Assembly (NCBI RefSeq): GCF_043950625.1
Contig: NZ_CP171007.1
Direction: 5' to 3' (one strand)
Origin: Alkanindiges sp. WGS2144
GTDB lineage: Bacteria; Pseudomonadota; Gammaproteobacteria; Pseudomonadales; Moraxellaceae
DNA length: 32,000 nt
In this document: in pieces, positions 9,479 to 18,586 of the stretch
Layout of the letters: each line of letters starts with the position of its first letter
Numbering within the stretch: the first letter of the stretch is position 1
Notes under the pieces: generated by a model
Told to the model about the DNA's origin: nothing
The model's database searches: none
What the model saw: only the letters and a program-made list of their open reading frames with translations
Position numbers and translations under genes: made by a program

Positions 9479-10255
9479 CTAAACACCTGTTGCGTTTAAC
9501 TGCAATACCACTGGCGTATGGTCAGAAGGCCGCTCTAGTTTGCGTGGTGCTCGATCAATCCAGCTGGCTTTGGCCTGTGGCACCAGTGCTGAGCTAATTA
9601 AAATATGGTCAATCCTTAAGCCCAGATTGCGCCTAAAAGCCATCATGCGGTAATCCCACCAGCTGTACAACTTGTCGGGCTGTTCAAACAGGCGAAAACT
9701 ATCATGCAGGCCAAGTGCCAACAATTGCCGAAATGCTGCCCGTTCGGGCTCACTAAATAGTACACTGCCCTGCCAGGCCGCAGGGTCATAGACATCTCGC
9801 TCATCAGGGGCAATATTATAATCCCCAAGCAGTGCAAGTCGGGGATAAAGTATTAGTTGCTGCTTCAGGTAACGGGTCAGTGCGTTAAGCCAGTCCAGTT
9901 TATAGATATATTTATCAGAATTCACGCTTTGTCCATTGGGTATATAAACACAAATCACCCGAATGTTATTAATGGTTGCTGCTATCACGCGGCTTTGCGC
10001 ATCTTCAAAATCAGGTAAGCCCACCTGAACATCGCTTATCGGCTGTTTACTAACAATAGCCACGCCGTTGTAGGTTTTCTGACCTAGATGCACGGCCTGA
10101 TAACCAATATCCTGCAAGGCAGCATAAGGAAATTTATGATCTTCAATTTTGGTTTCCTGCAGACACAGCACATCAATAGCTTCTTGCTGTAGCCAGTCTA
10201 TGACCTGTGGCGCACGAACATTTAAAGAATTTACATTCCAGGTGGCAAGTTTCAT
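9479..10255 (-). CDS. xthA: exodeoxyribonuclease III (AP endonuclease)
   Basis: The 258-aa product has MKLATWNVNSL, LCLQETK, DYNIAP and a C-terminal SDHTPV, the ExoIII/EEP-family catalytic motifs. Confidence 0.93.
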   Translation of the reverse strand: MKLATWNVNSLNVRAPQVIDWLQQEAIDVLCLQETKIEDHKFPYAALQDIGYQAVHLGQKTYNGVAIVSKQPISDVQVGLPDFEDAQSRVIAATINNIRVICVYIPNGQSVNSDKYIYKLDWLNALTRYLKQQLILYPRLALLGDYNIAPDERDVYDPAAWQGSVLFSEPERAAFRQLLALGLHDSFRLFEQPDKLYSWWDYRMMAFRRNLGLRIDHILISSALVPQAKASWIDRAPRKLERPSDHTPVVLQLNATGV

Positions 10256-10345
10256 AACATGATCTGGGTTGCCTCAATTTAAGTCCAGCATAGCAGAAAC
10301 TACTGACTGATTTGTTATAACAATGCTGATCCATCGCCTTAGCTT

Positions 10346-11389
10346 TTATTCAGTATCATAGTAATAACGCTTAATATCATTGGCATGCAAAAAGGCTGGA
10401 ATCAGGCCGGTTAAAGCCGCACGAATGTCTGAACGCTCATTGATGAGCTGATGAGAGCCCTCTTCTAGTATCAACAAGGTTTGCAGGCGAAATTTCTTGC
10501 GGATAAATTCCAGATTATAGCGCCAGTTCACTGTCTGATCCTTGGCACCCTGAGCCACCCAGACCGGAATACGGCAGGCTGGCAGCTGTTCAATGCGTAC
10601 CATCCATTTGGCCAGTGCCAGAATCCACTCCAGGCTCATCACACGGGGTTGTAAAGGATCAGCCAAACGCACAAAACGCAAAAACTCCGGATTATGATTG
10701 TTGCGCCTAAAGGTACGGGGCACATTGCGTTTTACTCGCTTGATCAGGGATAGCCCAATGCTGTTATGCCACCAGGCGCTTTGCGCTGGCCGTACCAGTG
10801 GTGACAGCAATAAGGCACGATCAATCATCGGTGCACGGCGCTGGGAGGCAGCCGTTAAAGTATGGTCAATCCAGATGGCACCACCCGTACTTTGACCAAT
10901 TCCCAGCCAGGGTTTGGGTAACTGTTTGAGCTGTGTCTCTGCCCAGTGCCGCAGTTCATCCAGCAGGTTTTGGTAAATGGAAAATTCCTGGATACTCGCT
11001 ATCGGCCCTTCGGTTAGACCATGCCCCGGCAAATCATAGGTAATGACACTAAAACCCTGCTCAATAATTTCTTCAATAATCGGCTGATAAATACCGCTAT
11101 GCTCCAGATAGCCGTGCAGCAACCACACCGTGCCCTGCGCCTGCTGCCGGGGTATAAACACCTGAACATGGGTTTTATGCTGCGCCAGGTTTAGGTAACC
11201 CTGCCAGTGTAATGCATCAATTTTATTCAGCCCATACAGGGTTTGATAACCTTCCAGCACTGGCTCCACCAGCATCGGTTCAGCCAGATTTAATGCAGGC
11301 AACATAGCAGGCGTATATTCCCGATCTGGCAGTGGCAACTGGGTAGCCTTGAGTACCGCAGGCGTTTGAAACGGATGGGCTTTATTCAT
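10346..11389 (-). CDS. alpha/beta hydrolase (lysophospholipase/monoacylglycerol-lipase-like)
   Basis: It has the oxyanion HG motif (LLHGYLEHSG) and the nucleophile elbow GQSTGG. The ATG at 11389 shares its A with the TGA of the upstream gene (TGATG) and follows GGGAGG. The ORF-track start at 11407 is less likely. Confidence 0.8.
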   Translation of the reverse strand: MNKAHPFQTPAVLKATQLPLPDREYTPAMLPALNLAEPMLVEPVLEGYQTLYGLNKIDALHWQGYLNLAQHKTHVQVFIPRQQAQGTVWLLHGYLEHSGIYQPIIEEIIEQGFSVITYDLPGHGLTEGPIASIQEFSIYQNLLDELRHWAETQLKQLPKPWLGIGQSTGGAIWIDHTLTAASQRRAPMIDRALLLSPLVRPAQSAWWHNSIGLSLIKRVKRNVPRTFRRNNHNPEFLRFVRLADPLQPRVMSLEWILALAKWMVRIEQLPACRIPVWVAQGAKDQTVNWRYNLEFIRKKFRLQTLLILEEGSHQLINERSDIRAALTGLIPAFLHANDIKRYYYDTE

Positions 11390-12303
11390 CAGGGAACCTC
11401 CCGGCAATTGGTTTCACCAAACCACAGATCCCGCAAGGTTGCAATAGCTTCATAGGTTGCGCGTCGGCTGTGCATCAAGTTGGTTTTGCTGGGTTGCCAT
11501 ACCGTTGGTTCAATGGGCAGAGGCGCAACGACGGGAATGGTATCAATTCCGCTTATGGCAAATAAGCGTCTGGCACGTGGCATATGGTAGGCGTCTGTCA
11601 CCAGCTCCACACGGGGAGCGCCGCCTTTCTTTTGCAACAACAGTGAACTAAAACGGGTATTTTCACAAGTATTCATACTGCGATCTTCCAACAACAGAGC
11701 GTCAACCTCATGCTGCTTCAACCAGTCCTGCATATACGGTGCCTCTACCCCACTCAACAGGATTGGCAAGGGATTATGCTGTTTTTGCTCTACTGCTTTT
11801 TCCAGACGCATTTTGGTATAGGCATTGACCACAATATTACGAGCTGCATCGCGCCCCAAACCGCCCCCTAACACTACAATCACATGCGCCCCATTATCAC
11901 TCAAGCCAGATTTCTGCCGGCCAAGCTGGGCATTTTGCTGTAAATAATCATCATGTAGCTGTGCCAGTGCTTCTGCCATACTCAAAGAACGGTTGGCTCT
12001 GGTTAATTCCTGTGCCAGTTCCTGCTGCAAGGAAAGTAACTGCGGATCTTCTTCAACAGTCTGCTGCTGAACCAGCCAGCTTGCTGAACCCGGTTCGGAT
12101 AGCTCACCCTCTTCAATTCTGCCATCGCCACGCTGGCTTTCTGCTGCTATCTGGTTAACTGTTACCGGGACTTTATTTAATGCCCAAAGAATAGCTTGTG
12201 AATAAAACGGGCTCATGACAAACAGCACCAGCATGGCAATTACTAATACAAGCGCAAATAGCCACTGCATTATTGTTTTATGCCAGGGTGGAGATTGCGT
12301 CAT
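11389..12303 (-). CDS. DUF218 (ElyC/YdcF/SanA-family) membrane-anchored protein
   Basis: An N-terminal TM helix is followed by VIVVLGGGL and TDAYHMPRA motifs, characteristic of DUF218. Confidence 0.75.
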   Translation of the reverse strand: MTQSPPWHKTIMQWLFALVLVIAMLVLFVMSPFYSQAILWALNKVPVTVNQIAAESQRGDGRIEEGELSEPGSASWLVQQQTVEEDPQLLSLQQELAQELTRANRSLSMAEALAQLHDDYLQQNAQLGRQKSGLSDNGAHVIVVLGGGLGRDAARNIVVNAYTKMRLEKAVEQKQHNPLPILLSGVEAPYMQDWLKQHEVDALLLEDRSMNTCENTRFSSLLLQKKGGAPRVELVTDAYHMPRARRLFAISGIDTIPVVAPLPIEPTVWQPSKTNLMHSRRATYEAIATLRDLWFGETNCREVP

Positions 12304-12341
12304 AATTTGACCTTTTTAGAGTTTTTAAAAGATTTTAAGCA

Positions 12342-13352
12342 TTAGAAACTGACCATGACCGGTTCAGGTATAAGCTCAATAGCAAATTTTTCCTGCACCG
12401 AGGTCTGCACTGCCCGACATACAACCTGCACATCCTGCAAAGTGGCACTGCTATGATTAACCAATACCAGCGCCTGTTTTTCATACATGCCTACCGGGCC
12501 AATATTTTTACCTTTCCAGCCAGCCTGTTCAATCAGCCAGCCAGCTGCAATTTTAAATTGATCATTAGACTGCGCATATGCCTTAAGTGCCGGATATTGC
12601 AAGCTTAACTGCTCATAGTGCAACCGGTCAATCAGCGGGTTTTTAAAAAAACTACCTGCATTGGCAATTTGTTGAGGATCGGGCAATTTGCTTTGCCGAA
12701 TTGTAATAATGGCATTGGCTACCGATTGAGGTGTTGGATTTATACCAGCCTGTTCTCGCACATCCCCATAAGACAACACTAATTGCGGTTGCCTTAATAA
12801 CTTGAATATCACGCGGGTAATGATCCAGTCACCGGCTTGTTGTTTAAAAATACTGTCGCGATAAGCAAACCGGCATTGTTCAGCACTTAATAGCTGCCAG
12901 CTTTGGCTAGGAAGATGCCATGCCTTGATCTGATGAATGTGCTGCCCCACCTCCACTCCATAAGCACCAATATTCTGTATCGGTGCGGCACCAACCAGCC
13001 CGGGTATTAATGACAGGTTCTCCAGCCCATACCAGCCTTGCGTCAAAGTATATTGCACAAAGTGATGCCACTCTTCGCCTGCCATGACCTCAACCAGTAC
13101 TTGCTGCTGGTCTTCAGCCATAAGCTGTATGCCTTTTAGCATAGGGCGGATGACCAGTGCCCGTACATACTCCGGCAACAGCACATTGCTGCCGCCAGAC
13201 AGGATAAACAGCGGCAGGCGTTTGGCACTCACCGAGTTAAGCGCTTCTAATAAGGCCTGCTCTGTATGTACAGTAACCAGTAATTGTGCACGACTACTTA
13301 AGGCCAGCGTATTAAATGGTTGCAGGCTGGCGTCCTGTTCAAATCGTAGCAT
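12342..13352 (-). CDS. murB: UDP-N-acetylenolpyruvoylglucosamine reductase
   Basis: The 336-aa product has the FAD-binding PCMH-type N-terminal domain (SGGSNVLL) and a C-terminal MurB domain (GSFFKNP). The ATG at 13352 overlaps the stop of the upstream phosphatase gene (TAATG). Confidence 0.93.
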   Translation of the reverse strand: MLRFEQDASLQPFNTLALSSRAQLLVTVHTEQALLEALNSVSAKRLPLFILSGGSNVLLPEYVRALVIRPMLKGIQLMAEDQQQVLVEVMAGEEWHHFVQYTLTQGWYGLENLSLIPGLVGAAPIQNIGAYGVEVGQHIHQIKAWHLPSQSWQLLSAEQCRFAYRDSIFKQQAGDWIITRVIFKLLRQPQLVLSYGDVREQAGINPTPQSVANAIITIRQSKLPDPQQIANAGSFFKNPLIDRLHYEQLSLQYPALKAYAQSNDQFKIAAGWLIEQAGWKGKNIGPVGMYEKQALVLVNHSSATLQDVQVVCRAVQTSVQEKFAIELIPEPVMVSF

Positions 13353-13912
13353 TATGGTGTCTCAAGTGCTTTTTTAGTCACTGGCGCTACGCTAGCCTGC
13401 TGGCTATTTTCCTGCTTTAAATGAGCTTGCCAGTAGTTTATCCAGCCCTGCGCAGCGCTTTCACACTGATGGATAACATGTTCAAAATCAGTAGCACCAC
13501 CATAGTATGGGTCAGGAACTGCCTGTTGCGGATAAAGCGCATCATGCTGACTCATTAATGCCAGTTGGGCTTTGTACTTTTTACTATTACCCGCCTGAAA
13601 CTTGCGTTGCAAATCCTGTAAATCGGCCAGATTTTGCTGGTCCATTGCCAAAATCAAGTCAAAACTCTCAAAATCTTCTGCACTGACCTGACGGGCTCTT
13701 AACGCTGATAAATCATAACCCCGGGCTTTGGCATGCGCTTGCGTACGAGGATCGGGTGCTTTGCCGGGATGATAGTTACTGGTGCCTGCTGAATCCAGTT
13801 CAATCGGCAGGCCAGCTGCTTTAATATAATGTTTTAAAATGATTTCTGCGGTTGGCGAACGGCATATATTACCCAGACAAACACACAATACCCGATATGA
13901 CGAGCTTGCCAT
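13352..13912 (-). CDS. low-molecular-weight protein-tyrosine phosphatase
   Basis: The CX5R(S) P-loop CLGNICRS lies at the N-terminus, with a DPYYG general-acid loop. The start is the ATG at 13912 (MASSSYRVLCVCLGN); the 16-codon ORF-track extension to 13960 is not needed. Confidence 0.88.
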   Translation of the reverse strand: MASSSYRVLCVCLGNICRSPTAEIILKHYIKAAGLPIELDSAGTSNYHPGKAPDPRTQAHAKARGYDLSALRARQVSAEDFESFDLILAMDQQNLADLQDLQRKFQAGNSKKYKAQLALMSQHDALYPQQAVPDPYYGGATDFEHVIHQCESAAQGWINYWQAHLKQENSQQASVAPVTKKALETP

Positions 13913-14030
13913 CACTACCTTTTCCTCACAAAATAAACCCAATGAGTATAACGGCAACACTGGTCATCCGGCTACCGCTCATGCAACAATGTGTTATGTT
14001 TCAACAGACAATCAAGGATCAGCAGCAAAC

Positions 14031-15203
14031 ATGGAACAGATGCCCAGCAGCTTTAGTTTTGATACAGTTAAACAGATTACTTGCGCTGCCGGTTCACGCC
14101 ATCAGCTGGGTGAACATTGTGAGCAGCTGGGCTTAAGCAAGGTCATGTTTGTGACGGATCCCGGTATTGTTCAGCATCAGTTAAATCAGGCGGCGCTTGA
14201 GAGTCTGGACAAAGCCAACATTGAGTATACAATTTATGATCAGGTACTTGCGGATCCCCCTGACCATATTATTTTAAGTGCTGTTGAACTCGCCAAAAGC
14301 AAAAATATTAATGGCGTAATTGGCTATGGTGGTGGCAGCTCCATGGATGTAGCCAAGCTGATCGCTATTTTGGCTAATCCTGAGCAAAACCAGACACTTG
14401 ATAAAATTTATGGTGTGGGTAATATTCAGGGCCAGCGCCTGCCATTAATTCAAGTACCAACCACTGCCGGTACAGGCTCAGAAGTGACCTGTGTTGCCAT
14501 TGTCACTACCGGCGAAACCACCAAAATGGGTGTGGTTTCACCTGTTTTATATGCTGATCTTGCACTACTTGACGCAGAACTAACCACTGGCTTGCCACCA
14601 ATTGTCACCGCAGCGACAGGCATTGATGCCATGGTACATGCCATTGAAGCCTATACCAGTGTGCATAAAAAAAACCTGTATTCTGACATGCTGGCAAAGC
14701 AGGCATTGGTATTACTGGACCAAAACCTGCAAACTGCTATTCATAAGGGCAACAATCTAAGCGCCCGGCAAAACATGCTATTTGGCGCGATGCTGGCTGG
14801 ACAGGCCTTTGCCAACTCGCCTGTAGCAGCAGTGCATGCACTGGCTTATCCACTGGGTGGGCATTATCATATTTCACATGGTCTATCCAATGCATTAGTA
14901 CTTTGTGAAGTTATCCGTTTTAATTTAAGCCATGCAGCTCACCATTATGCAGAACTCATGCTGATTTTGAACCCGGCAGCCCAAGGCTCCGAACTTGAGC
15001 TTGCCAACCAGCTCATTGATCGGCTGGAGCAGCATATTATTGACAGCGGTTTGCCGCGTCGTCTTTATGAACTAAAAATCCCTGAGCAAGATCTGGAGAT
15101 GCTGGCACGTGATGCCATGCTGCAAACCCGTCTTTTGGTCAATAATCCGCGAGAAGTTACCCAGGCCGATGCACTGGCTATTTATCAGGCGGTGTACGCA
15201 TGA
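14031..15203 (+). CDS. iron-containing (group III) alcohol dehydrogenase
   Basis: It has the GGGSSMDVAK NAD(P)-binding motif and His-rich metal ligands (MVHAIEAY, HALAYPLGGHYHISHG). The start at the ATG at 14031 (MEQMPSSFSF) gives the family-typical ~390 aa. The ORF-track start at 13839 overlaps the divergent phosphatase gene. Confidence 0.85.
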   Translation: MEQMPSSFSFDTVKQITCAAGSRHQLGEHCEQLGLSKVMFVTDPGIVQHQLNQAALESLDKANIEYTIYDQVLADPPDHIILSAVELAKSKNINGVIGYGGGSSMDVAKLIAILANPEQNQTLDKIYGVGNIQGQRLPLIQVPTTAGTGSEVTCVAIVTTGETTKMGVVSPVLYADLALLDAELTTGLPPIVTAATGIDAMVHAIEAYTSVHKKNLYSDMLAKQALVLLDQNLQTAIHKGNNLSARQNMLFGAMLAGQAFANSPVAAVHALAYPLGGHYHISHGLSNALVLCEVIRFNLSHAAHHYAELMLILNPAAQGSELELANQLIDRLEQHIIDSGLPRRLYELKIPEQDLEMLARDAMLQTRLLVNNPREVTQADALAIYQAVYA

Positions 15204-15670
15204 GCACAAACACCACCGCTGCACCTACCAAACCAGTTGTCTTTACCCGTCAGGACTTTAGTTACTTTGCACCACTGACCACGCGCTGGGCCGACAATGA
15301 TATTTATGGTCATGTCAATAACGTGATGTATTACAGCTACTTTGACAGCACAGCGAATCGCTATTTAATTGAACAGGGCGGTTTGGATATTCATGCCGGA
15401 TCAGTAATTGGATTAGTGGTTGATTCTGGTTGCAGCTACTTTGCACCGGTTGCCTTTCCTGAACAGCTGGAGGGCGCATTACGGGTAGCCCATTTAGGTC
15501 GTTCCTCGGTACGTTATGAGCTGGCAATATTTAAAAATGATCAACAAAGCGCGGTGGCTCAGGGCCATTTTGTGCATGTTTTTGTAGACAGGCAAACCCG
15601 TCAGGCAGTCTCCATTCCCGACTCATTACGTCAGGCACTGGCAAAACTGATGGTAAACCCGGCCAGCTAA
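15200..15670 (+). CDS. 4HBT/YbgC-type acyl-CoA thioesterase (hotdog fold)
   Basis: The DNDIYGHVNNVMYYSYFD motif is typical of 4HBT thioesterases. The gene has an ATGA start/stop overlap with the ADH gene. Confidence 0.8.
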   Translation: MSTNTTAAPTKPVVFTRQDFSYFAPLTTRWADNDIYGHVNNVMYYSYFDSTANRYLIEQGGLDIHAGSVIGLVVDSGCSYFAPVAFPEQLEGALRVAHLGRSSVRYELAIFKNDQQSAVAQGHFVHVFVDRQTRQAVSIPDSLRQALAKLMVNPAS

Positions 15671-15701
15671 TCCATATAATTTTGGCAGCTAAGATTCTAT
15701 T

Positions 15702-16250
15702 TTAGGCTTTTAACCACTCATCAAAATGCTTTAGAAACTTTAACAAGAACTGCCGGGTTCTTTCAGCAGGAATGTGATACTGCTCATCTATCATCCCCTC
15801 TTCATATTTGAGATAAATTTCTGGCTGCCCCATCACCCGCATATTTAAAATAGGCAAAACACTACGTAAATGAGACTGTGCAACCGCTGTACCAATTTGT
15901 CCAGTGCTTGCACCCATTATGGCTACCGGCTTGTGCCCCCAGCTATTGTCATTCGGTGGACGAGAGCCCCAGTCCAGCGCGTTTTTTAACGGTGAAGATA
16001 TCGTACGGTTATATTCCGGGCTTACGATTAATACGACATCGCTATGCTTAACCTGATCCTTAAACTCGCTCACGGCTGAGGGAATATTGTCCCATAAGTC
16101 TTCGTTATATAGCGGCAAATCAGCAATGGAAACCAAATGAAACTGATGAGCAGAATTTTCCTGCTGAGCCAGTTTAATCAGTGCTTTGGCTATTTTTAAA
16201 TTAATTGAATCGCGGCGCAAACTACCCACGATCACCGCAATGTTTGCCAT
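15702..16250 (-). CDS. NAD(P)H-dependent FMN reductase (YieF/ChrR-like flavodoxin-fold oxidoreductase)
   Basis: The 182-aa product has N-terminal IAVIVGSLRRDSIN and SPEYNRTISSPLKNALDW motifs of the FMN_red family. AGGA lies 6 nt upstream of the ATG. Confidence 0.8.
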   Translation of the reverse strand: MANIAVIVGSLRRDSINLKIAKALIKLAQQENSAHQFHLVSIADLPLYNEDLWDNIPSAVSEFKDQVKHSDVVLIVSPEYNRTISSPLKNALDWGSRPPNDNSWGHKPVAIMGASTGQIGTAVAQSHLRSVLPILNMRVMGQPEIYLKYEEGMIDEQYHIPAERTRQFLLKFLKHFDEWLKA

Positions 16251-16367
16251 AACTGTCCTGCCCTCAATGTGATGATGTTCATTAAGTTATAGCAGGCTGG
16301 CCAACCTCTGGGTAGCATTTAGGTAAATAACTGTTAGTAAACTCTTTCTGGCTCAACCTAAGCCAAG

Positions 16368-18467
16368 CTAATCCTTCATGGCTACATTAATCAAATGGGC
16401 ATCAAACTGCTGCATTAATGCCTGAATAGCTGGCTCCTGACGTAACAGATAGTCCGCCTGCTTTAAAGCGTCCTGCTGGCGCATGGCTTTTAATTGTAAC
16501 GGCAATGATTCATCTATATTTTCAAATATCAGTTCTATGCGACTGTGCAGCCACTGGGCTTTTATCGCGTCAATCAAGCCATCAATCAGCTCTGTAGCCA
16601 TCAGGCGATGCTCTGGAGCAATCATAAACCGTCCCTGACCGCCAATGTCACCCTGCATCACCCCATGTTGCGCCAGATTGCGAATAGCAGGGCTGATATC
16701 GGCTTCCCGCAGCCAGCACTCCCATTTTTCAATATCCCACTGGCCATCAAGCTTGACCTGCTTGTGCTGTAAAATCTGCTGTGGCAACAAATGCTGATGT
16801 TGCGGCTCAACCTGACCGGCTACTACAGCGCGATGCGTTGCTGCATTGCTGTTCTGGACAACGGATACTGCTTCCGGTATTACAGCAGGCTTATCAGGTT
16901 GTGGTTCAGTCATTGCATCAGTGAGAGCGTCACTTGCTGGATCAATATTCTCTTGTGTATCAAACACGACTTGCTCTTCAGCCAAGACGGGTTGAACCAG
17001 CTGACTTTCCACAGCCACAGATGCAGTAATTTCAATAGTTTGCTCTACGATTGATAGCTCAGATACTGGCTCTTCCAATACTGATTCTTTTAGTATGCTC
17101 TCTTGTAACGCTGGCTCTTCTACTAAGGATTCTGCTGCTATTTTATCTTTAGCGTTGCTTTCGTCCACTGTCAGTTGCGCAATCAAACCAGCAGCTTCAC
17201 GAGCTTGTACGGGTGTCGTGAATGCAGAATGAATAGCTTGATCAGCTAAAATCTCAGGCTCAACCTGCTCTTTTAATCTATCTTGGGTCGTAGCAGGTTG
17301 CTGACTCTGATGAGAGCAGCTCTCCCCTATACTGGAAGGTAATTCGGCTGAGGCAGGTTGCTCCAGTGTTTGCATATTGGCTGCCAAAGGTTTAAAGGCC
17401 AGCATGCGCAAAATACACATATCAAAACCCTGTTGCAGACTAACTGCCAGTTTTAAATCCTGTCGTCCTTGTAGAGCTATCTGGTAATACAGCTGGAGAT
17501 CGGCGCTATCAATATGCTGAGCCAGTTGCCGAAGTTGTTGCTGGTATTCTTGCGTACCCTGTAGTGGCACCTGAGGCAATAGCTGCACTAAGGCCAACTG
17601 GTGTAAAAGTGTAATCAACTGATCCAGCACCGCTTTTAAATCTACGGCCTGATTGGCCAGGTTTTGCAGTATCTGGCTAATCTGCTGCCCATGACTTTGA
17701 TAAATTGCCTGCAATAACTGAATAATCTGGCCTTTATCCAGTAAGCCCAGCATGTCCTGTACATCGCTGCCGTTAAGCTGGCCTTGCCCGTAGGCAATAG
17801 CTTGATCGGTTAGTGACAGCGCATCACGTAGTGAACCCTGCGCAGCTTCTGCTAGTTGCCATAAAGCTTTATCATCAAAATCAATCTGCTCCTGACCCAG
17901 AATATGGGCAAGATGGTCACAAATTTCCTGCTGCGGCAAAGGCCGTAAGGTAAACTGCAAACAGCGCGACAGCACCGTAACGGGCAATTTTTGTGGATCA
18001 GTGGTCGCCAGCAAAAACTTGACATGTTCTGGCGGTTCTTCCAGCGTTTTGAGTAGTGCATTAAAGCTGTGCGTAGACAGCATGTGTACTTCGTCAATCA
18101 AATAAACCTTATAGCGACCCTGCGTTGGCGCGTAAGGTACGTTATCCAATAGCTCTCGAGTATCTTCTACTTTGGTGCGTGAAGCCGCATCAATTTCAAT
18201 TAAGTCAATAAAACGACCTTCATTAATGGCAATGCAGGTGTTGCACGCCTCACAGGGCGTGGCGGTAATGCCGGTTTCACAGTTCAGGCACTTGGATAAA
18301 ATCCGGGCAATAGTGGTTTTACCCACACCACGCGTGCCGGTAAATAGATAAGCATGATGCAGGCGGTTACGCGCCAACGCACTGGTGAGTGCTTTGGACA
18401 CATGGGTTTGCCCTACCAATTGATTAAAATTGCGCGGGCGATATTTACGAGCCAGAACCTGATACAT
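16368..18467 (-). CDS. dnaX: DNA polymerase III subunit tau (gamma/tau)
   Basis: It has Walker A GTRGVGKTT, the zinc module CLNCETGITATPCEACNTC and DEVHML. The conserved N-terminus MYQVLARKYRPRNF begins at the ATG at 18467; the ORF-track start at 18515 adds 16 unconserved residues. Confidence 0.95.
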   Translation of the reverse strand: MYQVLARKYRPRNFNQLVGQTHVSKALTSALARNRLHHAYLFTGTRGVGKTTIARILSKCLNCETGITATPCEACNTCIAINEGRFIDLIEIDAASRTKVEDTRELLDNVPYAPTQGRYKVYLIDEVHMLSTHSFNALLKTLEEPPEHVKFLLATTDPQKLPVTVLSRCLQFTLRPLPQQEICDHLAHILGQEQIDFDDKALWQLAEAAQGSLRDALSLTDQAIAYGQGQLNGSDVQDMLGLLDKGQIIQLLQAIYQSHGQQISQILQNLANQAVDLKAVLDQLITLLHQLALVQLLPQVPLQGTQEYQQQLRQLAQHIDSADLQLYYQIALQGRQDLKLAVSLQQGFDMCILRMLAFKPLAANMQTLEQPASAELPSSIGESCSHQSQQPATTQDRLKEQVEPEILADQAIHSAFTTPVQAREAAGLIAQLTVDESNAKDKIAAESLVEEPALQESILKESVLEEPVSELSIVEQTIEITASVAVESQLVQPVLAEEQVVFDTQENIDPASDALTDAMTEPQPDKPAVIPEAVSVVQNSNAATHRAVVAGQVEPQHQHLLPQQILQHKQVKLDGQWDIEKWECWLREADISPAIRNLAQHGVMQGDIGGQGRFMIAPEHRLMATELIDGLIDAIKAQWLHSRIELIFENIDESLPLQLKAMRQQDALKQADYLLRQEPAIQALMQQFDAHLINVAMKD

Positions 18468-18586
18468 GTTTGTTTCAATCCACATCAAACTTATTGCCGG
18501 TCGAACACCAGTCACTGGATAGCATTTGATGAATAAGCGCTTTAAACGGATAGCATACCGGATTTTTCAAACTGACACGCCTAAAA

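Noticed and set aside
13839-14030. N-terminal extension of the alcohol dehydrogenase ORF. Similar extensions occur at 18468-18515 (dnaX), 19865-19981 (serine hydrolase), 20978-20998 (MaoC), 26520-26576 (copB) and 29769-29819 (ispF).
   Set aside because: The extensions overlap divergent genes or promoter regions and add residues not found at the conserved N-termini of these families. Internal ATGs with better ribosome-binding sites or signal peptides exist.
16251-16367. Absence of the usual ybaB-recR genes downstream of dnaX
   Set aside because: This is a synteny difference only. The downstream gene is an ordinary FMN reductase, and I see no scar, repeat or mobile element that would make it more than lineage-specific gene order.
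16368-18467. A programmed -1 frameshift site in dnaX (E. coli type A-AAA-AAG) that would produce gamma
   Set aside because: Scanning the gene by eye for CTTTTTT on the plus strand, or any run of 7 or more T, found nothing; the longest run seen was T5. A computational scan for slippery heptamers followed by a stem-loop would be needed to exclude other sites. The long acidic, Gln-rich tau linker looks like ordinary linker variability.
18468-18586. A small RNA gene upstream of dnaX, such as SRP/4.5S RNA as in some bacteria, or tRNA genes in any of the larger spacers
   Set aside because: I found no match to the conserved SRP domain IV sequence (GGUCCGGAAGGAAGCAGCC or its complement) and no tRNA T-arm (GGTTCGAAT-like) in the intergenic regions inspected by eye.
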